From contig JAZHDF010000097.1 in the NCBI GenBank assembly GCA_036584565.1, positions 1 to 36,484 of the forward strand: a stretch of 36,484 bases of DNA, read 5' to 3'. This document shows positions 36,461-36,484 of the stretch, one piece after another. The notes beneath the pieces were generated by a model. That model made no database searches, was not told the DNA's origin, and saw only the letters and a list, made by a program, of their open reading frames with translations. A program made the position numbers and the translations under genes. Numbering within the stretch: position 1 is the stretch's first letter; every line of letters begins with the position of its first letter. This stretch comes from Candidatus Moraniibacteriota bacterium (GTDB lineage Bacteria > Patescibacteriota > Minisyncoccia > Moranbacterales > UBA9337).

Positions 36461-36484
36461 ATTAATTTATTTAAATAATTTTTT

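Overview
AT-rich bacterial window, most likely from a Patescibacteria/CPR (Parcubacteria, possibly Moranbacteria-like) genome. This is an inference from gene content and from starts that mostly lack Shine-Dalgarno sites. In order, it holds: an MmeI-like restriction-modification gene truncated by a probable IS1595 end; galE; a repeat-rich spacer; two PEP-CTERM genes; trpS; three glycosyltransferases; a minimal group 3b-like [NiFe]-hydrogenase locus; a peptidoglycan-binding surface protein; a cfa/DUF1365/FAD-oxidoreductase/DUF1295/DUF2177 lipid-modification cluster; and a NUDIX gene. The hydrogenase locus is interrupted twice. The first insert is a ~510-bp unit carrying a GxxExxY PD-(D/E)xK-type gene between 32-bp inverted repeats built of TACGAA units, with a near-duplicated TAATT(T)ATG target and a coupling uORF; it is the best candidate for an undescribed mobile or intervening element. 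The second is a four-gene array of secreted proteins with constant ends, variable cores, a 45-bp identical junction repeat and a mosaic member, with an IS200-type element in one junction. No rRNA, tRNA or CRISPR array was seen. All family calls come from motif recognition, not database searches.
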